Source: Amoebidium appalachense
Taxonomy: Eukaryota > Protista > Ichthyosporea
Assembly (NCBI GenBank): GCA_963693365.1
Contig: CAVNZM010000008.1
Location: 1,178,001 to 1,242,000, forward strand
Reading direction: 5' to 3'
Length of the DNA stretch: 64,000 bases
In this document: piece after piece, positions 22,613 through 47,882 of the stretch
How positions within the stretch are numbered: position 1 is the first letter of the stretch
How the letters are laid out: the number at the start of each line of letters is the position of its first letter
Notes under the pieces: model-generated
What the model was told of the DNA's origin: nothing
The model's input: only the letters and a program-made list of their open reading frames with translations
Databases searched by the model: none
Position numbers and translations under genes: made by a program

Positions 22613-25391
22613 TTTGTTTGTGTGTTCATCGAAACGTGTTTTGTGTGTTTTTTCGTCACTGCAGCTCTCTATTGAGTTACGTCGTAGTCCTTGCTTTCAC
22701 CATGACTGGGTGTAAGTAAATTTGAACTGAGCCGAAAGTTGCGTGGGTTGGCTTTTATATTGGCGTTGGGCTCTTTGGCCTCTTGCCACTGCGTGAGATT
22801 CCGATACGCCACCTGTCCAGAAGCGATGCCCTTACGACCAATCAAATCTGCGTTTGGCATTTTGCTATTTAGCATGTGAGGTGCTACCCTCAGCATGTGA
22901 TTTGTAGAACGTACCAACGTGTTGTTGCCGCAGGCCCGCTCGATCACCGGTGTCACCGTGTGGTTGAATCAAGTTGGCAGCAGTTATTGAGCTTCAGCAC
23001 TTCAGATGCCTCAGTATAGTATATGACATATTTTAAAGTGTATTGCGCAGATACCAAAATTTTCTGATGTTTATTTTCAGCCATTACCTTAAATTTTAAA
23101 TGAGCACACTTCTTCGCATGTGGCAGCCGCAGTGACTGTGAACGCGTTCCAACTTCATAGCCTGGCGCCAATCAAATCTCGAGACTCCAACGGACCATAG
23201 TTTATTGGATACACGCTCGCCCAATCAGCAGTTGGTACAATTACTGTTCTACTCGCCAATCACCTACGAGGAGCTTACAGGCTTTGCAATTTCCAAGAAT
23301 GCCTCTCCCAAATCTAGCCGCTTTTCCTCGTTGCCTGCGAGAGAAGGCCTCGGAAATATGTGAAGCCTAATTATCATATCCCCTGCAATTGTACCACACC
23401 TGAGGTTTCTATTTACATGTTGTTGAGTTTGATCTTCGCAGACTACTGTAAGCTCTATAATAGCGACATAAAAGTTATAACCATATTTACTGTATTGTAG
23501 ATGCCCGCGAGCGCCGGGCTGTCCCAGCCGGCGCGCCGCCCTATATGCCGCCGCCTGCCCAGCGGGCGAACCGCGGCCGGCCTCGGTAGCATGCTGGCGG
23601 GGTGGCCCGGAGGGGGGGGATCTACATGTGGATGTATACCCATATGTCGTGCGTGTATGGAGTATGCCGGGGAAGACGGATGGCGGGAAGGAGGGAGAGT
23701 AAGGGAAGGAGGGAGAGGGAGGCGTGAAAGGAGGGAGGGTCCGGGAGCTCGAGGTAATGAAAAAGGGGAGACCTCGTCTACAACTCAGGCTCAAACTCCG
23801 GTACATAAAAGCCAGAGACTTCCCCGCTAGATTTCAAACCCTGAAAGCCTCCCAACAAGTTGATCTCAATGCAGCTATTTGATTGGTGGTTGACGTGTTC
23901 ACTAACTTGACTTGCCTGGCAGTCGGACCGTGACCGGTACCGTGAGAGAGACCGTGAGACTCGTGAGTCACACAGAGTCAGTCTGTCTTTTTTTCTCCAG
24001 AGTGTTTTTTTTCGTTTTTTTGGGGGGAGGTTGCGCATATCTTTCTGCCCTTAAGGTAATTTAGAAACAGCTACTTGAACTTGAATTTAGGCTATCGTTG
24101 ATCTGGTACACGACTTTCCCTGGCTCAGAACTGCAGTGCTTGTCTGAGCGCAAATAAGTTTTAAGCTTCCGCGCAGGCTCACGAGCAGCGTGCATGACAC
24201 GATAGTATGCGTCATGTGCCAAGTTGTTAGTGCTTGCTAGTGTGTTCTTGATACAAAGGCCGCGCTAACGCTAGCTAGCTTACTCTGTAGCCTTTGTATT
24301 CTACTAGCTTCCTCGACCACAGACACGTGCACTGCCAGTCTAGCTATACATAGTAGCTCACGGCCGCACTTCCATAAGCCCAAAAAACAGATTATCAAGA
24401 CTACATGATAATCATTGATTCCATCGCTGCGATCACAGGCATGGACGCACTAGTGCAGTACCGTACTGCATGGCACAGTGTAGGGCCCAATTGATCACGG
24501 CCCACGGGTGCAGATCGAACTTTTACATAATGGCCTGCATAATAAAAGCCTTTATAACACATGGTATGAAGGCAAAAATGTTTATACATTTTGACGGAAA
24601 ACGTTTTCGATCATGATCAGGATGTTTGTAGCACGTATGTGGCCCATGCCCCGTGATGATATACGCATAGATAGCCTGAGTAGTCCCGAGAACACGGTGT
24701 CTGCCTCAGTGTGCACGTGGAAGATAATAAGAGTTACAGTAATTATAGGGCGCGGTATTTAGTAAGTTACAATTTAGCGGGATAGGTATCAAAAACAAAA
24801 CCTTTGACCTGCAGACTACACACACATGTTGAAATTGAAAGTTGTGGTGCACGTGGATTTATGATAATCGGTCCGGGTCCCTTTATAATCCACTGGCAAG
24901 TGACTTCATTATGCATGCCCGGGCCTCTTCCTGTGCGAATGCTGAATCACATATTCCAGACAGTCCTTACACGTGTACATACATATGTGGGCGAGGACAT
25001 ACGGTACAACACCGGCCTGCCAGTTCACAGCTTTAGAAGTGGCCCAAATCTGTGTGGTTTGGGTTTGACCGGAGGCCTAGGCCCCGGGATGGGTGCTTGA
25101 TTTATATTTTTGTTCTTTTTATTTTATTTAATTTCCAAACTGAACCTCTTATTTCAATATTTTTATTTTATTATGATTTTATTTTTTTTATTTTTTTTTT
25201 TGGGGGGGGGGGGGGGGAGGGGGGGGAGGGAGGGGGGGGGGGGGGGGGGGGGCCTTCCCCCGGCCCCCTCCCCCCCCCTCTCCCCCCCCCCCCCCTCCCC
25301 CGGAGGAAAAATCATACATCTCTCTGCAGCTGGCTCTATCTCTCAATCGACGTCGTGGCTCTTTCCTCTCCATCTCTCTCTCACTCCCCCC

Positions 25392-25423
<32 letters not shown>

Positions 25424-25801
25424 TTTCCCCTTTCTACTATCGCTAGATCTAGAGCTATCTCCCTCCCTCCCTCCCTCCCTCCTCTCCCTCCCCCCCCCCC
25501 CCCCCCTCTCTCTCCCCCCCCCCCTCCCCCCCCTCTCCCTCTCTCCCCTCACTCCCTCCCCCCTTCCCTCCCCCTCTCCCTCTTTAATATTTTATCTCCT
25601 CTACATATATCTCGTTCACTCCCTCCTGCTCTCCCTCTTTAAATATCTATATCTCCCTCTCCCTCCCTTTACGATCCTTTGGCATCGGTGTTACGTGAAG
25701 CTACATATATCAATGAGGCCGCAGTCTTAAGACTTCTTGCCCATTCGTTCTAACCACAACTTACCGAAACACACATGTGCGCTCGCACACACACTCGCCA
25801 T

Positions 25802-25920
<119 letters not shown>

Positions 25921-25923
25921 ATG

Positions 25924-25967
<44 letters not shown>

Positions 25968-26197
25968 CTGGGAGGATGACACCGTTGGTGTGTGTGCATA
26001 CGCCGGTTTGTATCATGTTTTTGTGGTATTAACGGAGTTACATATGGGCGTGTGCGCTATGTCACCTGGCGTATAACAGTGCCTTGCACATGCTAGTCAC
26101 GGGGTGTGCGCGGAATGTATATCTGCCTCCAAGTGTGTGGAATGTGTGCAATGTGTGCACATGTGTGGTATGTGTGTGTGAAAGAAAGTGCCGCATG

Positions 26198-26271
<74 letters not shown>

Positions 26272-26273
26272 TT

Positions 26274-26874
26274 TGTAAAGTTCTGTCTAAGCTTAAGTGT
26301 GGAGTGAACGCATAAATGACTTACGTAAATTCAGAGAGAGTGGGTTCTAAGACAGAACTAAACAGGTGAGACAGACACGGGTTGAATTAGTTTAATCCAG
26401 TGTGAGGAAAACATGTGTGCCATACCGTACACAACATGACAAGCGATACTGAGGCCTGTGCTTATATACCGCCCAGACCTTCCTGTCACCTGGTCGCCGC
26501 ATCCGCCAATAGGAATTGGGCTGTAGCCGGACAGCCAATAATTACACCACGTATTTGTCAATGATATTGTAAAGCCACGTCCAGCCAATAGACTTGTCCT
26601 GTTTTTATGTATAGCCAAATAAGGAGTTGACAACAAAGACGGCATAAACTACGAGCAAAGTAACACAAGACCGAGATGATACAACATAGATAGCATAGCA
26701 AAACAGGATAAGTAGAGAAGAACTGAGTGTAATATCGAAACCCTATGACAAGACAAACCCAATGAGTAATCAACCAAGCGCTGTGCACAAAGCGAACAGA
26801 AACTATGCATGCAGGTCATGCAAGGCAATAAATCTCGTAACTAACCGTGAGCACAGAGGTATGTTATCGTAACA
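26274..26874 (-). mobile_element. Probable solo LTR, ~600 bp
   Basis: On the minus strand it starts TGTTACG and ends CTTTACA; TATA-like TATATAAG (~26460-26468) followed by ATTAAA (~26390-26395), in U3-R-U5 order. No TSD seen in the flanks. Confidence 0.4.
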
Positions 26875-27073
26875 AGCAGGTGTGGACAATCTGGGAACAT
26901 GATACGTGCGCATCTACACGATCAGAGGGAGAGGGGGAGAGAGAGAGAGGGAGACAGAGAGAGAGAGAGGGAGGGAGGGAGGGGGGGGGGGGGGGGGAGA
27001 GAGAGAGAGAGAGAGAGAGAGGGACAGGGAGAGGGAGAGAACCAACCCGGGCGTGCATGTGTGTGTGTGTGTA

Positions 27074-27160
<87 letters not shown>

Positions 27161-27266
27161 ACGCGCGCGCGCGTGTGTGTCGAGAGGCAAGGGAGGACTC
27201 AATTTGGAAATACAGCACACAAGTATATATTAATGAAATCAGGCAATTTGAACCTTGCGAGTATAC

Positions 27267-27359
<93 letters not shown>

Positions 27360-27987
27360 CTTGTGTGTGTGCCGGCGCGCGTGTGTGAGTACTAACAGAG
27401 AGCGATGATCAGAAGGCTTAGATACATATGTTTGCAAACCTACGTACCTGCATTTGTAAGCATACACCGGCACACACGGCCACACATACACACTGCGGCA
27501 CGCATACTCACACAACACACGGAGGCAGGCCCACACACAAACAAGTACACAAACACAACAGGGTCTATGTGAAACGCACACTTGATTTGAACCTTTTTTT
27601 TTATCTAAGGTCTTATTCAGTGCCGCTGTCTAGTGGTGGGTACCAGCCCTCGGGGACCTATATACCTACGTTCCAGACTGAGCCCGTCAGGCAGACATGG
27701 CAGAACGATCGGGCTATGCTATGTACAAGAGATACGGGGGGGTTTGATTCTAGCTAACTATGGTTTAGCTATGGGGGGAGAGGCCCGGGTCCAAAATTTC
27801 ACATGTCTGCTGACGGGGGTCTAACGTGGTGTGGTGGTGAAGTGGGGTTGAGAGTAGTGGGGTGTATGTGGTATCCCATGTCATGTAGGGTGGTGATGGC
27901 TGCTGTGTGTCTATAGGTGTGGTGTGGGTTGCACTCTGTTTTTCGATGGGTGCACATGTATCTGCAGCTAGGGCAGGCCGGTAGGGT

Positions 27988-28314
27988 ATGGGTGGGGGGG
28001 TTTTTGGTTCCAGGTGTTGTGCGTGGCTGTTTCCTATGGGTGGCTGGTTTGTTTTTGTGGACTGTGTGTGTGTGTGCTTGGTTGTTGGGTCGGGGTGTAA
28101 TGTCCTACATCTAGGTTTCCATATATATCCAAAGAAAAATGCGGATACCCACTTGGTCAGGTTAGCCAATAGGGTGTCTCGGGCTCGGGGGTGCTTGTCG
28201 AGGGCTGGGGGTAGAGTGATGTCCCTGGGGCATAGCCCTCTGCTTATCCAGTCTTGGGTTGGGGGGGGTGCTGCTGGGAGTCCGGTGGGACTGGTTATGT
28301 GGAACGCTCACTGA
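27988..28314 (+). mobile_element. Degenerate non-LTR retrotransposon fragment (distal RT region)
   Basis: Translation NVLHLGFHIYPKKNADTHLVRLANRVSRARGCLSR..MSLGHSPLLIQSWV resembles the YLG motif and following helices of LINE RTs; followed by a (CA)n run at ~28368-28456. Confidence 0.35.
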
Positions 28315-28366
28315 AAACTCAGTAACCGTTGAACACACAAACTTTCGCCCACTCCTGCATTCACAG

Positions 28367-28460
<94 letters not shown>

Positions 28461-28903
28461 GGTGTACACCCAGTGATTCGCACACAACGCACACACCATT
28501 ATGATCGGCCAACAGACAGACATACACACGCGGTCCAATCACATACACACACTCATACACACACATGCACACTCACAAACGCACTCACTCACACTCACAC
28601 AAGTTGACTGCAGTTAAATCAAAAGTCGCGTGTCGCCCATATGCCTTCCGTTTACACATTTCAACGTACCATATGCACCAGGCAAGCATGCACACAACTT
28701 CACATACAAACACACACACGTATATCATTGGCCACACACACATTCCTATCGATATTTTCTTTTCTATCACTTCATTTTGGCCAGCCTCTTTTTTGCTCCC
28801 CTCCTTCCCAGCTCCCTCCAGGAATGACCTTTGCTCTTTCTGGAACAACACATGTGCACACATGCATTCAATTTGTCAGCAACACCAGCACACGTGCACA
28901 CAA

Positions 28904-28943
<40 letters not shown>

Positions 28944-29325
28944 ACGCACGCCATGCATACGTGCGTGTGTGCATGTGCATGCACACAAATGCCCGCAAAT
29001 ATGGATGCATGGACCCATGGACCGTTAGCTACACACACTGACCTACGGTGGTGCCTCGAGCACTAGGGGGTCTCACACACAAGCACTGTACTTGCACACA
29101 TACACACAGTGTCACACACACACACACACACACGTAGCACAACCACACTCGCAAATAAACATGCACGGAGTAATTTGTGATATAGATTGCTCAATTAATC
29201 TAGAAACATATGTATACTTCGAAAGCCAAAGTACAGCGTACAAATGAAGTCGAAATTGGTGCGTATACACTAGGCTGGGGGGGGAGAGAGGTGTGCGGTG
29301 TGGAAGGAATATCGGATCCGGAACC

Positions 29326-29358
<33 letters not shown>

Positions 29359-29360
<2 letters not shown>

Positions 29361-29560
29361 TTGAATGCGGAACACAGTACGAAGTACGCATACACGATGA
29401 GAAGCATGGTGCAGGACACATGCAAAGGCAAACATTCAAGTATGCAGCATCAGCCATGCGCACAGTATGCGTCATAAGCAGAGCCCATCCTCAGGGAGGG
29501 CCCAAGTCATCAATTGCGTCTGAGTTTCGACCCCTTAGCCCGCGTATATACGACGCTCCA
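29359..29560 (-). repeat. Poly-C-anchored dispersed repeat, diverged copy
   Basis: ttttgaatgcggaacacagtacgaagtac...agcagagcccatcctcagggagggccc...gagtttcgacc shares both ends with the 14537 copy and abuts a poly-G run. Confidence 0.75.
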
Positions 29561-29892
29561 ACTCAGACAGCAGCATCAACTGAACTTGGGTGGGTCAACC
29601 CGTCTTGATCAAAGACGAGCAGGGTTGCTTATGCAAGCAAGGTGAGCAAAACGGTGAAGATGTATGTGCAAACTAATGCAGTGCAGCGACAAACGCGTAT
29701 GTGCTTACAGATGCACGACACAGAGCAACCATGCCCGGTTGCATGGAAGTAAAGATGTGGGGGGGGGGGGGGGGGGGGGGAAGGGGGAGGATGTGTGTGT
29801 GTCCTCATTTTTTGGTTGAAAGAGAAGGACAGGAGGAGGAGGAGGGGAAGGGGGGGAAGGAAGGCTGGGGGGGGGGGGGGGGGGGGGGGGGT

Positions 29893-29979
29893 TTGAATGC
29901 GTCAAAAAGTACGAAGTACACAAGAACAAACGGATAACACGATGCAGAATGCAAGCCATACATAAAGAGTATGCATAAG
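29893..29979 (-). repeat. Poly-C-anchored dispersed repeat, truncated copy
   Basis: Near-identical to the first ~87 bp of the 14537 copy; abuts a poly-G run. Confidence 0.85.
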
Positions 29980-30386
29980 GACATATTCCCTGGACAGCTG
30001 GACGAGATATTTATTGATAGCGTTTGTGGTATATTATCCTTCACTGCACCAACAAACTAGGCAGCATACACAGTACACCCCATGTTGGTGGGATAAGTAC
30101 AGGGCACGCTTAAAACACCACCACACGATATCTAATCACACACCGCACATTTGATGAAACATTGTATACCGACACCACATTTTACAATCGTGCTTAGGAG
30201 AAGCATTAGTTAACTGTACTTAAGACTAAAACCCCCTGTTTCAGGGAACCGAACATAACAACCGGATCCTTAATCAAAATTCAAAATAAACATAAAGGCA
30301 CGAGGTCCAACCTCACGAAAGAGACAGCTATCACACGATATAGTGTTGAGGTGTTACACGGAGATACACCGAGGTTTGTGTGCTCC

Positions 30387-42843
<12,457 letters not shown>

Positions 42844-43676
42844 ATTCCTGCTGGCAGGCAGAGGTGAGATGCGCACACACGTGTAACAGGCACACACAGG
42901 CACGCACAGGCACAAAGGTGTGTAGTTGACAACAACATCAGAACATTGAGTGGTAAGTATAAAGGGCTAGGGAATACGTACATTTAGCAGAACTCTTACT
43001 GCCTGAAAAACTGTGGGAATTCAACTCCTGCTCTCCGTCTAGCCTCGTACAAAGAGGTAGCCTCGAGCTATGTTGTGTTGTGTTTTGGAATATGGTGTTC
43101 TTTTTTGTTTTGATAGCGCACCATGTGTTGTAAATCTAGCCAGATTCTGACCAGAAATTTGGCATGCTGAAATGGATAACACGTAAACACGTGCTATGCA
43201 ACTACGAGGTTAACCCAGCTTGCAAAATTTATGGCGCCTATATGTAAAGTTCAAGGTAAAACATAACCTTATGAAAAACCCGCAAAAATAGAAAATGAGC
43301 TCGAGACAGCTCGTACAGCTTGCTTAGCTAGCAACACAGAAATCTTCTATGTAAAAGAATATATCTAGTATCATGAAATTCTAAAAAAAAATTCAATATT
43401 TCCACAAGGGCTGGCGCTTGCCGCAAGTCTTAACCGTGGGATCCCGGAAGTTCCATGAATCTCTGCCCCTATATTAGTGTGGGGGTTTACGCTGTTTACT
43501 CGAGGCAAAGAGAACCAGTCTCAGGTATGGGGGGGGGGGGTTTGCTCGGAATATCCCCTCAGCGGTATATCATGATCACGTACATAGATGTCGGGTGGTG
43601 ACTATATATCAGGGTTTACTTTCTCTACGAGACACCATAAAGACTACAAGGAGAAATCAATTAGTTGGGGTTCCCC

Positions 43677-43727
<51 letters not shown>

Positions 43728-43760
43728 GGGGCTCCCCTCGGGACACTCGGTATCAGCTGG

Positions 43761-43813
<53 letters not shown>

Positions 43814-44877
43814 TGTGTGTGTGTGCGCGTGCGCTATAATTTTGTAGTGATGTGTTTCTCAAGCCAATCAATACATCTAATAAACAGGTCGTAGTTACGC
43901 GTGTTTAGTATAAAATCAAGGATGTTGTAATTTACAGGTAGGCTATCTTTCTGGGTGTCTGTTGTGAATGTGACGTGTGTGTGTTGCGGTATTATGTGGT
44001 CTATCAAACTACATTTGGCGATACATGACCGGTTAAACTGGTGTGTGTGTGTGTTGTTTGGGCATGCAAATGATGCCACCTTATACTTATTAGATCTCCA
44101 CTGTATAGCACGTGTACAGTAAAAGCGTGGTAATTGATCAATAATACCATCAGCTAGAGAAAGACCAGTTCTACAGGAAGGTAATATGTATTTAGGTGTT
44201 ATACACTTGCGAGTGCCATATTTGGCAATATGGTTGAGGCGGTCAGTATATATAAAACGAGACATAAGGCTTAGTTTTTCAAGGTGTATGCTTTCATCGG
44301 GTCTAGTGTCGTGTGGTATCTTTTTCCATTTGTTATATTGCGTGATTATCTTGTGATTGTGTACATGTTTAATAAGTAAGTGGCAGTCCAAAGTCACACA
44401 CACACTATTGCGGGGTTTATTTGTATTTGTGCCCAGGGGAGAAGGGGGAGAGAGAGGGGAGGAAAGAGGGGAGAGGTGAGGAGGGGACAGGTCGGATAGA
44501 GAAGAGAGGGTGGGAGGGCAAATACTTCTTTAAGCGGCTTATGTGCTTATTGAATTTCAGCGCGAGATAGGATACTCTAGCAGCTATTGGGACCAGACCA
44601 TATATCGAGAGCGTTACAGGCCCAGGTTTACAACAGTTGTTAGATAGAAAGGAGGCAACTTCTGCTTCAAGGAAATTTGCCAAGGGTTTAAGCGCTCTAG
44701 TTCTCTCTTTCTTGATCCAAGCGGCGAGAAGGGGTAAACCATATTCACATGCCGGGAAGACAAAAGTGCGAATAAATGTAAGTCTAATAGAAGGATGGAG
44801 GGGTGTGTCTTTAAAAATATTAGCCGAGAAGAAAGCTAACCGCTTACGAGCCAACTCTACCCTCTTTTCGACCATAT

Positions 44878-47800
44878 TGATCCGACCTGAATCGATAAAT
44901 GCTCCAACCAGAGTACTGTATGACGTCATCATATAAAAACGCCTGGCGCAGGGTCAGTTTTGCACGTGTTACTCTCTTTTTCTCACCATTTTACCCTAAC
45001 GTGACAGGGAACAAGCACATCACAAAAAAACCGTAGAAAAATTCTTGGCGGGGTAGTGGCTTAGTAAGTAATGGTAGGCATTCAACGATTTTGAGCTTCA
45101 ATTTACGGAGAACTTTGTAGTGTTTGCGCACCCCATGACTACAATAATTTCTCGGAATGCTTGTTGGTATGGCTTATTTTGCACTTTACGGGTTCTGGCA
45201 CCGGGAGGCCATAGGCCTGAGCCAAGAAAAACGTCAAACTTGTTACAAATGCGTGCCAAAGATGCATACTTTAAACGTTCACGTTGTTGCTTTTGCACCA
45301 CAGGTGCATTTTTTCGTTTGAGAAACATTGACATCAGCTTTCAAATTCGTTTTTTTCGGTACACACACTTCAAATAACCCTTTTAGCATCTAGTTACCAC
45401 AAACAGTTTCGAAGAAACGAATAAAAACCAAACAAATCACCCCTAATCCGAAAACGACAAATGAGTGTTGCGCAATGTACAGAAACTGACCAGTGGGCAG
45501 AAGGTACTTTAACGTGTAGTGTTTCTGCGTGATCGTACCGGGCCTGTGTTTGTGTTGACTTGGGTGCGTGTGCGTGGAGGAACACCATGTGTGATGTGGT
45601 TTTCGAAGCATGCACGTGTTTGATCATTGCAGAGAAACACATTACACTTGATGCAGTAGGTATGTGTCTGGTGGCGTTCCCCTTTGTTCCTAAAGCAGAG
45701 AACGCATCTACCTTTTCTTTCTTTTCTGGCACGCTGGTGTCCGTGTAGAGCATGGGGGGCAGGAGCAGCAGGGGGAAGGGGGTATTCTAGTGCAGGCAGG
45801 TGGGGGTTGCATATGAGTGCTTCTGCTAGCTCACGCCTTGTGTCCATGCTCGTGTTTGTGGATTTGCCAAAGTATCTGTATGCAAAGTGTACGTTTGCTA
45901 CTACAAACCCCAGAAGCCCCCCAAAGGTGCGGAGTTGGTGACGTTTAGTGCCCAAGGCTTCGTCCACAGAGCCGTTTAACATTCGTGTTTTGTTGAATAT
46001 ATCGGCCATGTTGTAGTTTTCGAAGTATTCTTCGACTGCTTTCGGTTGGGGGACGTCATTTCCGTTTCGTGATTTTCTCGGTTGACCCGGCTGAGTACTT
46101 GAACATGAGGTGATCACTTTCATACTGTAGTTCTTGTTTCTCCATAACACCGCAACGAGGTCTACTCCGTCCACACTGCACACTGCCTCCGACCATACAC
46201 CACGTCCTTCCTCACATAGAAGGTCCAACATGTTGAGGGGAAAGTCTCTGGTTGCGGTTTTGACATTGAAAAGTGCGTAGAATCCGATTTTGTACACTTC
46301 CCTTGTCCCGGTTACTGACCCAAACCAGCTGTCTCCGACGATCGTTCTGGGGTTACGGTGGGTGGGGTTGGCCCTTGGGGTTAGAAGACGCAAGGTGGTG
46401 CCTGTTCCAGCTCCCAACTGTCGGTACGGTTTGCTTGCCATCCTAAGCTTCCCCTCGTTCATTTCGAAGTTAATGAGTATGTTGGTTACACAGTCGTGTA
46501 GAGTTTTTATTTCTTGACCGAGAGGGTGGGGTTTTCGTTTTATATAGATTTGGCACGGAAGGTTGCAATGATAGCTGGCAAAGATGGCCTCGTCTTCGCA
46601 TAATTCATCCCCGGGCTCGATAGAGCAACGGCACCGACTCTGCAGTGCTTCCATGAAACCGCGTGTGTCTTTCAGTGGATCATCCTCCGGATATTGAGTG
46701 ATGTCGGTGACGGTAAAGCAGGCACGGATGTTTTCGAACCGGTGTTCGGTCATGAAGCGGGCAAAGTCCTGTACGGGAAATATGTGGCTTGGGTTCTCTG
46801 CTGCCGACGTCCAGTAGTTCGATCTCGAGCCGGGTTCAAATGTTCCAGCCATGTAAATCCACATACCCAACCACCTAAGTAGCTCACCCGGGGTTAAGTC
46901 AACCCAATTTTTGTAACGTGCACGACCTACTTCGTTTGTGAGTGGAATGACTGCTGTGAAGAGATACTCCATAGGCATGAAGTGTTCAAACAAACACAGA
47001 ACACTCTTGCGCTTGTTTAGTGCTAGTGGAATGGTTGGTTTTCTGCGTGGGCCTGTTCTTTTGTCAAGTACTTGCTCATCTGGAATGGTCCATTGCAAGG
47101 TGCACGTGGGGTCGGTGGGGGTAGGTAACTCTACTTGTTCATCTACAAGTTCTATCTCATCTTCATTCTCACTGTCTGTGACAGGAATCTCTACTTGTTG
47201 GATGTCTCCATCTGGATCTTCGTCACTATCACTCTCTAGCTCGCTACTTGTGTGTTCACTGTCTTCTTCATCTATTAAAGTTAGCTGATGGCGCAGAACT
47301 ACTTCTGTGGTACCGTCAAAATCAAACTTTACTTTCCATTCACTGCCTTCGTTTGTCTTGCATCGTTTCACTACTGTGCCAACCAGTATTTGTGTGTCCC
47401 AACTCAGGCCGAACTTCTTGTAAGACCAACGTGTGGTGTCATCTGTGAAATCTTCCCCCTGAACCCCGTCAAATATGTATGCAAAACAACAGACACGAGC
47501 TCCAGAATAAAGTGGCTCTATTGGGTCTAATGTTTCGGCCATGTTGGGCGCTCATCTTTCACATGAAACCCATGGCTTGTTGTGTTCGCGGACTCAGCAA
47601 GTTTCGTCCGTTTGATCATGAATCATGTTGTTGTCGAGCATGAATTCAAAAACTTGCAACAGCGTCGGCAACCAATAAAAGCTAGGGAAGGCCTTGTTAG
47701 TTACCGTACCAAAGACAAAAAAGGTGTAAACTTATGTTTTCTTACTGGCTGTACAAAAAAAAGCGGGCTCCTGGGCCCCAATAGCTCGCGGTATCCTTCC

Positions 47801-47882
47801 GAAACAAGCATTCCTAAAGTACTGCGGTCAGAGTACTTATGGCCGCTAAGTTCTCCGATCAGAGTACATTTCGGATGCATCA
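44878..47882 (-). mobile_element. 3005-bp piggyBac-like DNA transposon with ATAT TSD and TGAT...ATCA termini
   Basis: ATAT at 44874-44877 and 47883-47886; boundaries are independently confirmed because excision restores the LINE reading frame. Only short, imperfect terminal inversion (TGATCCGA versus TGATGCATCCGA); AGTAC(T)-centred subterminal motifs at both ends. Confidence 0.85.
45509..47542 (-). CDS. piggyBac-family (PGBD-like, DDE_Tnp_1_7) transposase, 677 aa, uninterrupted
   Basis: Putative catalytic Asp motifs LCEDEA, IVGDSWFGS and YNMADIFN; YIKRKPHPLG; MTEHRFENI; acidic N-terminal tract; C-terminal Cys-rich domain CVLC..YCIKCNVFLC..CFENH. Confidence 0.93.
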   Translation of the reverse strand: MAETLDPIEPLYSGARVCCFAYIFDGVQGEDFTDDTTRWSYKKFGLSWDTQILVGTVVKRCKTNEGSEWKVKFDFDGTTEVVLRHQLTLIDEEDSEHTSSELESDSDEDPDGDIQQVEIPVTDSENEDEIELVDEQVELPTPTDPTCTLQWTIPDEQVLDKRTGPRRKPTIPLALNKRKSVLCLFEHFMPMEYLFTAVIPLTNEVGRARYKNWVDLTPGELLRWLGMWIYMAGTFEPGSRSNYWTSAAENPSHIFPVQDFARFMTEHRFENIRACFTVTDITQYPEDDPLKDTRGFMEALQSRCRCSIEPGDELCEDEAIFASYHCNLPCQIYIKRKPHPLGQEIKTLHDCVTNILINFEMNEGKLRMASKPYRQLGAGTGTTLRLLTPRANPTHRNPRTIVGDSWFGSVTGTREVYKIGFYALFNVKTATRDFPLNMLDLLCEEGRGVWSEAVCSVDGVDLVAVLWRNKNYSMKVITSCSSTQPGQPRKSRNGNDVPQPKAVEEYFENYNMADIFNKTRMLNGSVDEALGTKRHQLRTFGGLLGFVVANVHFAYRYFGKSTNTSMDTRRELAEALICNPHLPALEYPLPPAAPAPHALHGHQRARKERKGRCVLCFRNKGERHQTHTYCIKCNVFLCNDQTRACFENHITHGVPPRTRTQVNTNTGPVRSRRNTTR

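Noticed and set aside
24447-24470. Hairpin tgcagtac-c-gtactgca next to CTAG, resembling a Helitron 3' end
   Set aside because: No spacer between hairpin and CTAG, no matching 5' TC end and no second copy.
45098-45377. Short ORFs in the 3' part of the piggyBac-like element as accessory genes
   Set aside because: Under 90 aa, overlapping on both strands, no motifs.
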